Below, one piece after another: positions 45,789 through 54,614 of a stretch of 64,000 nt of DNA (positions are counted from its first letter, which is position 1; each line of letters opens with the position of its first letter). Made by a program: the position numbers and the translations under genes. The notes under the pieces were generated by a model. That model had not been told where the DNA came from and searched no databases. It was given only the letters and a program-made list of their open reading frames with translations. The DNA comes from Acetobacteraceae bacterium (GTDB lineage Bacteria; Pseudomonadota; Alphaproteobacteria; Acetobacterales; Acetobacteraceae), in contig DASWOJ010000137.1 in NCBI GenBank assembly GCA_036398775.1, forward strand, positions 1,284-65,283, in the 5' to 3' direction.

Positions 45789-46595
45789 CTAGGCCGGGTT
45801 GCCGTCTATCTGCCAGCCCACCGTGCTCGGCAATGCGGACGATGTCGGCGCCGGCTCAGCCGCGCGTGGCGCCGGCACGGCACCCTCCTGGATCATCTCG
45901 ATCCGGCCGGTGATCTGGCCGCCGTCCTCCACCTGCAAACGGCGGCAGCGGGCGGTACCGAGCACCTTGCCCGTGGCGCGCACGATCAGGTTGCCGCGGG
46001 CGGTCAGGGTGCCGTCAATGACGCCGGCGATCTCCGCGTCCTCGACCTCAACCTCGCCCTTGAAGATGCCGCCCTGGGCAATGCTCAGCTCCGTCGCCTG
46101 GATCATGCTGGCCTCGACCGTACCCTCGACCACCAGACGCTCCGCGTCGGTGACGGTCCCCTGCAGCGAGATGCCGCGGCCGACGACCAGCGTGCGCCGC
46201 TCGGCCGGCTCGCGTATGCGGTTGGGCGGAACACCGGGGCGGGGCTGCACGCCAGCCATGCCCGGCATCGGCGCCGGGCCGGGCGGGGTCGGGACGGGGG
46301 GAGAATTGGGGGCAGGGAACGGTGTGCGGCCCATAACGGGAGCCTCCTTCGGCGCGGCGGGACGGTAAGGGGGAACGCCGACGCCGTTATCCACGGGCGG
46401 ATAGGGCGGCGGAGGCGGAACGGGCAAGGCGTCGGGCTTGGCATGAGGAAGCGCGTCCCCGCCGCCAGGCGGCCCGGGGGCGTCATCAGAGGCTTGGTCG
46501 GGTTTGCGGCGCTTGAACAAGGGGACACCCCTCCAGGGATGCCCGCCCGTCGCAGGAGCGGCAGGCGGTGCGGTCGGAAGGGTTGCCCCTAACAT
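45789..46595 (-). CDS. Bactofilin family cytoskeletal protein with a Pro-rich N-terminus
   Basis: The C-terminal ~110 aa has the bactofilin beta-helix pattern (LVVGRGISLQGTV..LVVEGTVEA..IFKGEVEVEDAEIAGVIDGTLTARGNLIVRATGKVLG..LQVEDGGQITGRIEM). Start set at the ATG at 46595. Confidence 0.75.
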   Translation of the reverse strand: MLGATLPTAPPAAPATGGHPWRGVPLFKRRKPDQASDDAPGPPGGGDALPHAKPDALPVPPPPPYPPVDNGVGVPPYRPAAPKEAPVMGRTPFPAPNSPPVPTPPGPAPMPGMAGVQPRPGVPPNRIREPAERRTLVVGRGISLQGTVTDAERLVVEGTVEASMIQATELSIAQGGIFKGEVEVEDAEIAGVIDGTLTARGNLIVRATGKVLGTARCRRLQVEDGGQITGRIEMIQEGAVPAPRAAEPAPTSSALPSTVGWQIDGNPA

Positions 46596-46640
46596 GCCGT
46601 GATGCCGCGCAACAACCCGCAAACACGAACGCGGGAGTGC

Positions 46641-47327
46641 CTACAGCAGCCGCGCCGCCCAGCCCCCCTTCTGCCGATGCAGCACGTGCACCATCGCCGC
46701 CGTGCCCAGCACCGGCACGAACAGGTTGAGCACCGGCACCACGCTGGCCGCCGCCAGCGCCGCCCCTTGCGCCAGCACGATGAAGCGGCGCGAGTCGTAC
46801 AACGCCAATGCCTCCTGCCGGCTCATGCGCCGCATGGCGACGCCCACGAACAGGCCGCGGCCAATGGCCCATCCCGTGATGATCCAGCCCAGCACCAGCC
46901 CGACCCCCGGCAGCGCCACCAGCAGCACCAGCGCCACCACCTGCAGCGCCAGCACCTGCAACCCCAGCACCGCCCCGTCCCAGGCCTGCACCGTCAGCGG
47001 CGCACCCTGGGGCCGCGGCAGCCCCGGGTAGAACCGCTGGTCCACGGCGTCGGCGATGCGGTCCATATACAATGTTGCCACCAGCAGCGCGGCGGGCACG
47101 AACAAATACACCGACAGGAACGCCGTCCCGGCCCCGCCCAGGATCGCCGCCAGCCAGGCCAGCCACGCCGGCCAGCCCGGCGCCGTCACCAGCGCCTGCA
47201 CCCCCCACACCACCGCCGCCAGGATCGCCAGGAACAGCACCAGCGACAGCGCCAGGCTGCGCAGCACGGCGCCGAGGAACACCGGGTCGTCAAGCTGGGC
47301 CGCAGCACGCAGCAGGGGTTGGAACAT
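46641..47327 (-). CDS. EI24/CysZ-family membrane protein
   Basis: 228-aa polytopic membrane ORF with an EI24-like pattern (FLSVYLFVPAALLVATLYMDRIADAV...GWAIGRGLF). Confidence 0.65.
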   Translation of the reverse strand: MFQPLLRAAAQLDDPVFLGAVLRSLALSLVLFLAILAAVVWGVQALVTAPGWPAWLAWLAAILGGAGTAFLSVYLFVPAALLVATLYMDRIADAVDQRFYPGLPRPQGAPLTVQAWDGAVLGLQVLALQVVALVLLVALPGVGLVLGWIITGWAIGRGLFVGVAMRRMSRQEALALYDSRRFIVLAQGAALAAASVVPVLNLFVPVLGTAAMVHVLHRQKGGWAARLL

Positions 47328-47411
47328 CGGGCCTCCTGGGTTGCCGTGGATGGGGCCGGATGTTAGGCGCAGCCGCCGCCTCGCACACCCCCAGCCCCGT
47401 CAGGACCCTCA

Positions 47412-48404
47412 ATGCCCCAAAACCAGCCCCGTTTCGACATCCTGGGCATCGGCAACGCCATCGTGGACGTGGTCGCGCCCACCGGCGAGGATTTCCTGTC
47501 CCGGCACGACCTGCGCAAGGGCGGCATGGCGCTGATCTCGGCCGAACAGGCCCAGGCGCTGTATGCCGCGATGCCGCCGGGCCAGGAGAGCAGCGGCGGC
47601 TCGGCTGCCAACACCTGCGCCGTCGCCGCCGGGCTGGGCGCGCGCGTGGCCTACCTCGGCAAGGTCGCCAGCGACGCCCTGGGAAGCGTGTTTCGGCAAG
47701 ACATCACCGCGGCGGGAGTGCACTTCCCGACGTCGCCGCTGGACGGCGGAGCGCCGACCGCGCGTTGCCTGATCGCCGTCACCCCGGACGGGCAGCGGAC
47801 CATGAGCACCTTCCTCGGCGCCTGCGTCACCTTCGGCCTTGGCGACCTGGACGAGGCCGCCGTGGCCGACAGCGCCGTCACCTACCTGGAAGGCTACCTG
47901 TTCGACCCTCCGGCGGCGAAGGCAGCGTTCCACCGGGCGGCGGAGGTGGCGCACGGCGCCGGGCGGCTGGTGGCGCTGTCGCTGTCCGACGCCTTTTGCG
48001 TGGACCGGCATCGCGACGCCTTCCGCGCCCTGGTCGCCGGGTCGGTGGACATCCTGTTCGCCAACGAGGCCGAGCTGTGCAGCCTGTATGAGGAGAATGT
48101 CTGGGAGGATGCGGCGGCCCGCGCCGGCCAGGACGTGGACCTGGCCGTGCTGACCCGCGGCAGTGATGGCAGCCTGGTGCTGCGCGGGGCCGAGCGGGTG
48201 GAGGTCGCCGCCGCCCCGGCGCAGGTGGTGGACACCACCGGCGCCGGCGATGCCTATGCCGCCGGCTTCCTTGCTGCCCACGCCGCCGGACACCCGCTAG
48301 CGGCGTGCGGCCAGTTGGGCAGCCTCGCTGCAGCGGCAGTGATCGAGACGTATGGCGCACGGCCCGCAGTTGACCTGCGCGCAATGGCGGCACAGGTGGC
48401 CTGA
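47412..48404 (+). CDS. Adenosine kinase (PfkB family)
   Basis: FDILGIGNAIVDV N-terminus and the PfkB signature DTTGAGDAYAAGFL. Confidence 0.85.
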   Translation: MPQNQPRFDILGIGNAIVDVVAPTGEDFLSRHDLRKGGMALISAEQAQALYAAMPPGQESSGGSAANTCAVAAGLGARVAYLGKVASDALGSVFRQDITAAGVHFPTSPLDGGAPTARCLIAVTPDGQRTMSTFLGACVTFGLGDLDEAAVADSAVTYLEGYLFDPPAAKAAFHRAAEVAHGAGRLVALSLSDAFCVDRHRDAFRALVAGSVDILFANEAELCSLYEENVWEDAAARAGQDVDLAVLTRGSDGSLVLRGAERVEVAAAPAQVVDTTGAGDAYAAGFLAAHAAGHPLAACGQLGSLAAAAVIETYGARPAVDLRAMAAQVA

Positions 48405-48511
48405 GCAGGGCGGCGAGGCGCCAGGCCGGAACCAACACAGGACTGACTCGTTCCGGTTCGGGACATGGTGCCGCGTGCGCGCTGGCTACCGCCGTGACGG
48501 GAGACTGCCTG

Positions 48512-48931
48512 ATGCGCAAGGTTCTACTGACGTGCGTGGCTTTGCTTTCCCTGCCGGTCGGGCCAGTGCTGGCCCAGCAGGCGATTCCGAATGGCAGCGC
48601 CGTTGACATTCCGGCTCCTGCCGGACCCAGCAGCGTGGGCGTCACGCCCAGCGCCAACGCTTTGCCGGACACCGGCACCGTGAGCGGCGGCGGCATGACC
48701 GGGCTTCGGCCGATGCGCGGCCAGCCCAAGCAGGCCGTCGGCATGAACCACTTCACCCATAAGCCGCCGCCGACTCCGGCCCGCTCCAACGGGAAGCGGC
48801 GCGGCAGCCCCGCGAACCATACCAGCGCGATCAGCAACGATGGCGTCAATGCGCCGCGCCCGGGTAGTGGCGCCGCCGGCGCATCAACAAGCGGTACAGC
48901 GGCGCGCTTCACGACCACAGGGGCGATGTAG
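48512..48931 (+). CDS. Hypothetical secreted low-complexity protein
   Basis: Start set at the ATG at 48512, giving signal peptide MRKVLLTCVALLSLPVGPVLAQQ. The rest is Pro/Gly/Ser/Ala-rich with no recognisable domain. Weak call. Confidence 0.4.
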   Translation: MRKVLLTCVALLSLPVGPVLAQQAIPNGSAVDIPAPAGPSSVGVTPSANALPDTGTVSGGGMTGLRPMRGQPKQAVGMNHFTHKPPPTPARSNGKRRGSPANHTSAISNDGVNAPRPGSGAAGASTSGTAARFTTTGAM

Positions 48932-49182
48932 CCCGAGACCGCGCCTGGCCTGCCGGACCCGTAGTCCCGGCGGCAACCTCCCGCAGGCTGTCCTCCCGGG
49001 GCGCCGCGTGCTCTGTGCTCCAACCAGAACGGTGCGGCGCAACGTGCGCTCGGTGGCCATCATTGGCTGCAGTCGAACCTTTCCGGATCGCAGCCCTATG
49101 AATAAGGAGCAGCCGACGCCCGGCGGAAGAAGCGTGGTCGGGTCTGGGGACGTGTCACCGAACTGCAGCCGTCCGGTTAGGC

Positions 49183-49250
49183 CCCGCAGGCCTGCTTAGC
49201 TTCCTTCTTTGTTCGCAGACCTCCAAAGATTTGCTTAGAGCACGGTCGGT
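49183..49250 (+). repeat. Left copy of a ~68-bp imperfect inverted repeat bracketing the MCP cassette
   Basis: GCAGGCCTGCTTAGCTTCCTTCTTTGTTCGCAGACCTCCAAAGATTTGCTTAGAGCACGGTCGG aligns with the reverse complement of 51563-51630. The core GTKCGCAGACCTCC matches 13/14. Confidence 0.6.
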
Positions 49251-49336
49251 TCAGATGGAAACGCCAGACATGCTCGAGCCCTATGTTTTCGCGTGCATTG
49301 TCCGGCGCAAATAGGGCTGTTTGCGCCAGACATGCT

Positions 49337-51073
49337 CTAGAACTCGGTCCAGCCCTCCTCGGCTGACGCCGGGATCAGGCTAGGCTTCGCAAGGGCTGCA
49401 CGCCCATTGCGGCTTACGACTCTGAGCGCCGTGGCTTTGGCCATACGCGCTGCAGGCTTGGCCGGCCGGTGCAGCGGTTGGACGCTCGTGTCCATTGCTA
49501 TGCCGCTTGGCGCCGCGCCAATCTGGAAGTGCTCGGTCAGGCGTACTAGCTCAGCCGTCTCGCGGGCCAGAGAGTGGATGGCTGCCGTGCTCTGCTCGAC
49601 CATGGCCGCGTTCTGCTGCGTCACTTGGTCCATCTGGTTGATTGCGGTGTTCACCTCGCCCAATCCCGCCGCCTGTCCCTGTGCCAAGGCCGCGATCTCG
49701 GAGACAGCCGTCGTGACCTCGCCCACTTCGGAAACGATCCGGCTTAAGGCCCGGCCAGTCTCGCCGACCAGCTTAACTCCGGCGCCAACTTGCAGGGCCG
49801 AGGTGGATATCAGGGCTTTGATTTCCTTGGCCGCCTCCGCCGACCGCTGAGCCAGGGCCCGCACTTCGGATGCCACCACGGCAAAGCCACGGCCGGCATC
49901 GCCTGCCCGCGCCGCCTCGACCCCGGCATTGAGCGCCAGCAGGTTGGTTTGGAAGGCGATCTCATCAATGACCCCGATGATGTCGCCGATCTTCTGCGAG
50001 GACTGCTCGATCCCCCCCATGGCCGTGACCGCTTGACGCACGATCTCGCCGGACTGCTCGGCGCCTTCCTTGGTTCGAGACACCACGGCCTGCACCTGTT
50101 TGCTGCTTTCGGCCGTCTTGCGCACCGTAGCGGTGATTTCTGCCATCGCCGCAGCCGTTTCTTCCAGGCTCGCCGCCTGTTGTTCGGTCCGGCGGCTGAG
50201 GTCGTCGGACGCCGTTCGTATCTCCTCCGTGCCCGACCGGATTGCATCTGCGTTGCCCACGATGCCGCGGACGAGCTCTTGCATTTGCTCCAACGCGGCA
50301 TTGAAGTTCTCCCGCAACTCCTCGTATTCCGCCGCGAACGGATCCTGCAAGCGAAACACCAGGTCGCCTTTGGCGAGGCACGCGAGCCCCGCTCCCACGG
50401 CGCCGACCATGGCGGACTGCGTTTCGGCGGCTGCGGCGAGTTCGGCCTCGACCTTTTGCCGGGCTTGCTCGTTCAAGCTGCGCAGCTCGGCAGCCTGGGC
50501 TTCGGCGACGCGGGCTGCATCAGATGCACGGACAGCAGCCGCCAAGTTCGCGGCGGTGGATACCAGCAGGGTCGCAATGCGATATGTCAGCCAAACGAGT
50601 GCCGCCGTCTCGATGCACAAGACGCTGGCGTGCAGCAAAACCCTTTCCAATTGGGCTCCGCCCGGGAATACGAGTGCGGGCATCAGGAAGTTCAGCGCAA
50701 GATGGTGCGTCGCCGTGGTCCCTGCGCCCGCCAGCACGACGTCCCGGTCGCAGTAGGCGGCCAGCATCGCCAGCTCGGCAAAGTAGCACATGTGCAAGTC
50801 AACCTGCCACGCGCTGCCAGCACTCGCCGCGACGATCAGCGACAGGCTGGCGATCAGCGCGACCGCAATCAGGAGACGGCTCGACTGGCTGGTTGGCGAG
50901 CGCCACCAGACCAACGTCGTGATGGACGCCAAGCCAAGCGAAACAAGACCTGGTTGGAGCCAGTCATTGCCTGCCGCGTAGGCCGTCACCGACGCGATGG
51001 GCGCCTGCAGCCAAATAAGCATGAGAACGACGCGGCTAACCACGTTTCGCAGACGGTCGAGATCGTTGTCCAT
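49337..51073 (-). CDS. Methyl-accepting chemotaxis protein with an all-membrane (about 6 TM) N-terminal module
   Basis: C-terminal MCP signalling domain ([33 protein letters not shown]). The N-terminal ~190 aa has about six hydrophobic segments and no sizeable periplasmic domain. Start set at the ATG at 51073. Confidence 0.88.
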   Translation of the reverse strand: MDNDLDRLRNVVSRVVLMLIWLQAPIASVTAYAAGNDWLQPGLVSLGLASITTLVWWRSPTSQSSRLLIAVALIASLSLIVAASAGSAWQVDLHMCYFAELAMLAAYCDRDVVLAGAGTTATHHLALNFLMPALVFPGGAQLERVLLHASVLCIETAALVWLTYRIATLLVSTAANLAAAVRASDAARVAEAQAAELRSLNEQARQKVEAELAAAAETQSAMVGAVGAGLACLAKGDLVFRLQDPFAAEYEELRENFNAALEQMQELVRGIVGNADAIRSGTEEIRTASDDLSRRTEQQAASLEETAAAMAEITATVRKTAESSKQVQAVVSRTKEGAEQSGEIVRQAVTAMGGIEQSSQKIGDIIGVIDEIAFQTNLLALNAGVEAARAGDAGRGFAVVASEVRALAQRSAEAAKEIKALISTSALQVGAGVKLVGETGRALSRIVSEVGEVTTAVSEIAALAQGQAAGLGEVNTAINQMDQVTQQNAAMVEQSTAAIHSLARETAELVRLTEHFQIGAAPSGIAMDTSVQPLHRPAKPAARMAKATALRVVSRNGRAALAKPSLIPASAEEGWTEF

Positions 51074-51093
51074 GTAAGTCTCCGAAACGGGTT

Positions 51094-51420
51094 TCAAGCG
51101 GCGACGCATCCGCCGAGCGCTCTTGGGTCGAGCAGGAGCCAGGCACCACCCTGGCGGAGCAGGCGTGCGGCATCGGGCGTTTCGGGCGCGACCACGACGA
51201 CGAAGCTGGTGGCACCGAACCGCACCGGCATTCCGCCCGCGGCGGCGGCCGACAAGGACTGGCTAGCGTTCCACCACGGAGGATACAGGGCTGCGATCGG
51301 GCCGCCCGGCCTTGGCCCGAGTGACGACGCTCCGGCGGCGATCAATGACCCGATGGCGAGCGCCATGCAGGGCGCCCACGTTGCCAGCCGCCCACGCGTG
51401 TCGTTGTTTCGCATTCGCAT
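51094..51420 (-). CDS. Hypothetical small exported or anchored protein upstream of the MCP gene
   Basis: Trimmed to the ATG at 51420 (108 aa). N-terminal hydrophobic segment [19 protein letters not shown]. Coding-like codon pattern. 20-nt gap to the MCP start. No good SD. Confidence 0.45.
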   Translation of the reverse strand: MRMRNNDTRGRLATWAPCMALAIGSLIAAGASSLGPRPGGPIAALYPPWWNASQSLSAAAAGGMPVRFGATSFVVVVAPETPDAARLLRQGGAWLLLDPRALGGCVAA

Positions 51421-51600
51421 GGCCCGACTCTGAGGCCAAAAGGATACTTGCCGGTTAAGGCGCCCGGCCCCGCCAGTGGTGTCCCATCCGGCTGGTGCGG
51501 CTGCCCTGCCGCACCGCCCTGACAACGGGCGGGAAGGGCGGCATCATGCCTTCATTGAGGTTATGCCGACGGCCGAGCAAACTTCCGGAGGTCTGCGCAC

Positions 51601-51669
51601 AAAAGAAAAACCAAGCGGGCGTGCGCGGCCGCAGGCCATCTGGGCGGCAGGCCGCGCAAGCCTGCTTAG
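51601..51669 (-). terminator. Rho-independent terminator on the minus strand (also the right copy of the MCP-flanking inverted repeat)
   Basis: On the minus strand, CUAAGCAGGCUUGCGCGGCC, a 19-nt loop and GGCCGCGCACGCCCGCUUGG (17/20 paired) are followed immediately by UUUUUCUUUU. Confidence 0.7.
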
Positions 51670-51710
51670 ACCGGCTTGCGTGCAGTCTGGACGCAAGCCG
51701 GTCTGTCCAT
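51666..51710 (-). promoter_or_regulatory. Perfect 14-bp hairpin coinciding with a 14-codon uORF (MDRPACVQTARKPV) directly 5' of the terminator
   Basis: Hairpin AGACCGGCTTGCGT/ACGCAAGCCGGTCT (51668-51704, 9-nt loop). The ATG at 51710 is preceded by AGGTG-N6, and the TAA at 51666-68 abuts the terminator 5' arm. Confidence 0.45.
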
Positions 51711-52008
51711 GGCCGGCACCTGGGCGCTGTGCCGCCCCGTCGTCCTGTCTGACCAGGATGCCGTCAAATGGTGCGGCAAGGTCGCCTGAATTGGGGGCGG
51801 CAGCGATTTCGGGCACCTGATGGCGGGCGTTGCCCGGAAGTCCCGTATTCACCCACCCTGGCGCCGGGGCCTGACACGGACCAGCCCCGCTGGCAACGGC
51901 GCGCAGCCCAGGCCGCGTAAGCCTGCCTTGAACCCCCAAACCCTGCCCGTTACCATTCTGCAACCCTTTGTCACCTGAGCCGCACACCCCCCATGCTACC
52001 TATCCCGC

Positions 52009-53307
52009 ATGGACACCCGCACCGCACAGGCAATGATCCGGTTCGGCCTCGGCCGTCGTGGCGCGGAGGCGCTTCCGGACGACCCCGTCGCTTGGCTGGC
52101 CCAGCAGGTCGAAGCCCCGGACCCCGCCGCGTTCGACCCCAGGCTGCCCAGCACCGCGGACGGCCTGACGGTGCTGCGGGAGCAGAACAAGCTCAAGCTG
52201 AAGGGCGAGGAGTCCCTGGTCCGCCCGCTGCTGGACGAAGACGTCGCCGCCCATACCGACAACATCCTGACAACCTCGGCGCCCTTCCGTGAGCGCCTGG
52301 TATGGTTCTGGTTCAACCACTTCACCGTCAGCGTGCGCGCCGGCGGCGTCAGCGCCGTCATCGGGCCGTATCTGCGTGAAGCGATCCGTCCCAACGTCAC
52401 TGGCGGCTTCGCCGGGCTGCTGCTGGCGGTGATGCGGCATCCGGCGATGCTGATCTACCTGGACAACGCCGGCTCCGTCGGCCCCAACAGCCCTGCCGCC
52501 CGCAACGGCAACGCCCGCCGCGGCCTGAACGAGAACCTGGCGCGCGAGTGCCTGGAGCTGCACACCGTCAGCCCCGACGCCGGCTACACCCAGGCCGACG
52601 TGACCGAGTTCGCCCGCATCCTGACGGGCTGGTCCATAGATCAGCAGCGCCTATTCCCCGGCTTCCTGTTCCGGCCGGGTGCACACGAGCCCGGCGGCAA
52701 GACCCTGATGGGCCGCCGCTTCGGCCCTGGCGAGGCCGGAGGCATCGCCGCCCTCGACTTCCTGGCCCAGCACCCCGCCACCCACCGCCACCTCGCCACC
52801 AAGCTGGTCCGCCACTTCGTCGCCGACGACCCTCCGCCCGATGCCGTCCGCACCATCGAGGGCGTGCTGCGCGACACCGGCGGCGACCTGGGCGCCGCCA
52901 GCACGGCGCTGCTGCACCTTCCGGCGGCCTGGACGCCGCTGGTAAAACTGCGCTCCCCGGTGGACTTCGCCGTTGCCGCCCTGCGGGCGCTCGACCTGCC
53001 GCCCGACAAGCGCCCACCCCTGCGCGGCACGCTGCAGGCATTGGGCCAGCCGTTATGGAACGCCCCCCTGCCGAACGGCTGGCCGGATGCCGCCACCGAG
53101 TGGGCCGCGCCGGAAGCCGTCATGCGGCGCATAGACTGGTCCCAGGCCGTGGCTAGCCGCGCCGGCGACCAAGATCCGGCGGCCATCGCCGAAGCTGCGC
53201 TCGGCCCGCTGCTCCGCCCCGAAACCCGGGACGCCATGCGCCGGGCCGGCAGCCGCCAAGACGAGCTGACCCTGCTGCTGACCTCCCCCGAATTCCAAAG
53301 GCGCTGA
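52009..53307 (+). CDS. DUF1800 domain-containing protein
   Basis: 432-aa ORF with a DUF1800-like pattern (AQAMIRFGLGRR..., RERLVWFWFNHFTVS, NENLARECLELHT) and the conserved pairing with a DUF1501 gene 4 nt downstream. Confidence 0.75.
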   Translation: MDTRTAQAMIRFGLGRRGAEALPDDPVAWLAQQVEAPDPAAFDPRLPSTADGLTVLREQNKLKLKGEESLVRPLLDEDVAAHTDNILTTSAPFRERLVWFWFNHFTVSVRAGGVSAVIGPYLREAIRPNVTGGFAGLLLAVMRHPAMLIYLDNAGSVGPNSPAARNGNARRGLNENLARECLELHTVSPDAGYTQADVTEFARILTGWSIDQQRLFPGFLFRPGAHEPGGKTLMGRRFGPGEAGGIAALDFLAQHPATHRHLATKLVRHFVADDPPPDAVRTIEGVLRDTGGDLGAASTALLHLPAAWTPLVKLRSPVDFAVAALRALDLPPDKRPPLRGTLQALGQPLWNAPLPNGWPDAATEWAAPEAVMRRIDWSQAVASRAGDQDPAAIAEAALGPLLRPETRDAMRRAGSRQDELTLLLTSPEFQRR

Positions 53308-53310
53308 CCC

Positions 53311-54498
53311 ATGCCCCATCCCTCCATGCGCATCACCCGGCGCTCTGCCCTGCTGGGCCTGGCTACTGCCTGCACCTTGGGCCGGTCCTCCCTGGCGCTC
53401 GCCGCGGCGCCAACCGAGCGGCGGCTGGTCGTGGTGCTGCTGCGTGGCGCGCTGGACGGCATGGCGGCCGTGGTGCCCTACGGCGACCCGGACCTCGCCG
53501 CGCTGCGTCCGGGCCTGGTGGGTGACGCACCCGGCCAACCCGGCGGAGTGCTGGACCTGGGCGGCTTCTTTGGCCTGCACCCGGCGCTCGCCGGGCTGCA
53601 CGGCATGTATGCCGACAACGAGCTGCTGGCGGTCCACGCCGTCGCCGGCCCCTACCGCACCCGCAGCCACTTCGACGCGCAGGACTGCATGGAAAGCGGC
53701 GCGGAGCACCGGCTCGCCAGCGGCTGGCTGAACCGCGCGGTGGCGGCGATGCCCGGTCGTCCCGCAGGCGCCTTGGCGCTGGGCGTGCAGGTGCCGCTGC
53801 TGCTGCGCGGCACCGCCAACGTCGGCACCTACGCCCCGCCCGCTTCGGCAACGCCCGCGCCGGAGCTGCTGGCGCGCATCGCCGACCTGATGCACGGCGA
53901 CCCGCTGCTCGGCCCGGCGGTTTTCGAGGGGCTGCACGACCGCGGCTTCTCCGCCGCGGCCCTGGCTGGGGTGGACCATCCTGCCGGCGCCGGCCCGGGC
54001 GCCTTCGCCGCGCTGGCCGGAGCGGCCGGACGGCTGATGGCGGCGCCGGACGGCCCGCGCATTGCGGCGATGGAGGCTGGCGGCTGGGACACCCATGCCG
54101 GCCAGGCCCGCCGGCTGGCACCGCCGCTGCGCGCGCTGGACGCTGGGTTGGTCGCGCTGCGGAACGGGCTGGGCGCGGTCTGGCGTCAGACGGCTGTCCT
54201 GGTGATGACCGAGTTCGGCCGCACCGCCCGGGTGAACGGCACTGGCGGCACCGACCACGGCACCGGCGGCGTGGCCTTCGTGCTGGGCGGCGCCGTTGCC
54301 GGCGGACGGGTGCTGGCGGACTGGCCCGGCCTGGGTGCAGGCCGCCTGTTCGAGGACCGGGACCTGCAGCCGACCGCCGACCTGCGCGCCGTGGCGGCCG
54401 GACTGCTGGTGGGGCACCTGGGCGTGCCAGCGGCGGCGCTGGCAACCGTGTTCCCGGGCGGCAGCTTGCAGCCGGTTAACGGCCTCCTTCGAAGTTGA
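53311..54498 (+). CDS. DUF1501 domain-containing protein (sulfatase-fold-like) with a Tat signal
   Basis: N-terminal TRRSALLGLATACTL. DUF1501 pattern (GGWDTHAGQ..., EFGRTARVNGTGGTDHGTGG). Confidence 0.75.
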   Translation: MPHPSMRITRRSALLGLATACTLGRSSLALAAAPTERRLVVVLLRGALDGMAAVVPYGDPDLAALRPGLVGDAPGQPGGVLDLGGFFGLHPALAGLHGMYADNELLAVHAVAGPYRTRSHFDAQDCMESGAEHRLASGWLNRAVAAMPGRPAGALALGVQVPLLLRGTANVGTYAPPASATPAPELLARIADLMHGDPLLGPAVFEGLHDRGFSAAALAGVDHPAGAGPGAFAALAGAAGRLMAAPDGPRIAAMEAGGWDTHAGQARRLAPPLRALDAGLVALRNGLGAVWRQTAVLVMTEFGRTARVNGTGGTDHGTGGVAFVLGGAVAGGRVLADWPGLGAGRLFEDRDLQPTADLRAVAAGLLVGHLGVPAAALATVFPGGSLQPVNGLLRS

Positions 54499-54614
54499 CT
54501 CCCGGCGGTCAGATCGTCCTGCGTCGAAGTCCGGCGCCTGGCTCTGGTCCGTGAACGGCGGCCCGCAGGTTCAGGCCCGGCGGCTCCGCGTCCGTATCTC
54601 ACCGGCGCAGTGCG

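Noticed and set aside
49183-51630. Calling the MCP cassette a transposon or integrative element
   Set aside because: No transposase, integrase, recombinase or recognisable target-site duplication is present. Only imperfect inverted repeats and a compositional hint support it. It is reported as a finding, not annotated as a mobile element.
51732-51757. Minus-strand string CCTGGTCAGACAGGACGACGGGGCGG, reminiscent of the guanidine-III (ykkC-III) core GGUCAGGACAAGACGG
   Set aside because: The match is a loose word-level resemblance only, with insertions in the conserved core. No guanidine exporter or carboxylase gene lies downstream. It was kept only as a reason to run Rfam on the leader.
51544-51987. 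147-aa minus-strand ORF filling the long spacer upstream of the MCP operon
   Set aside because: It reads straight through the intrinsic terminator and the perfect hairpin. Its composition is Gly/Ala/Pro/Arg-rich with no start context. The RNA-structure interpretation explains the region better.
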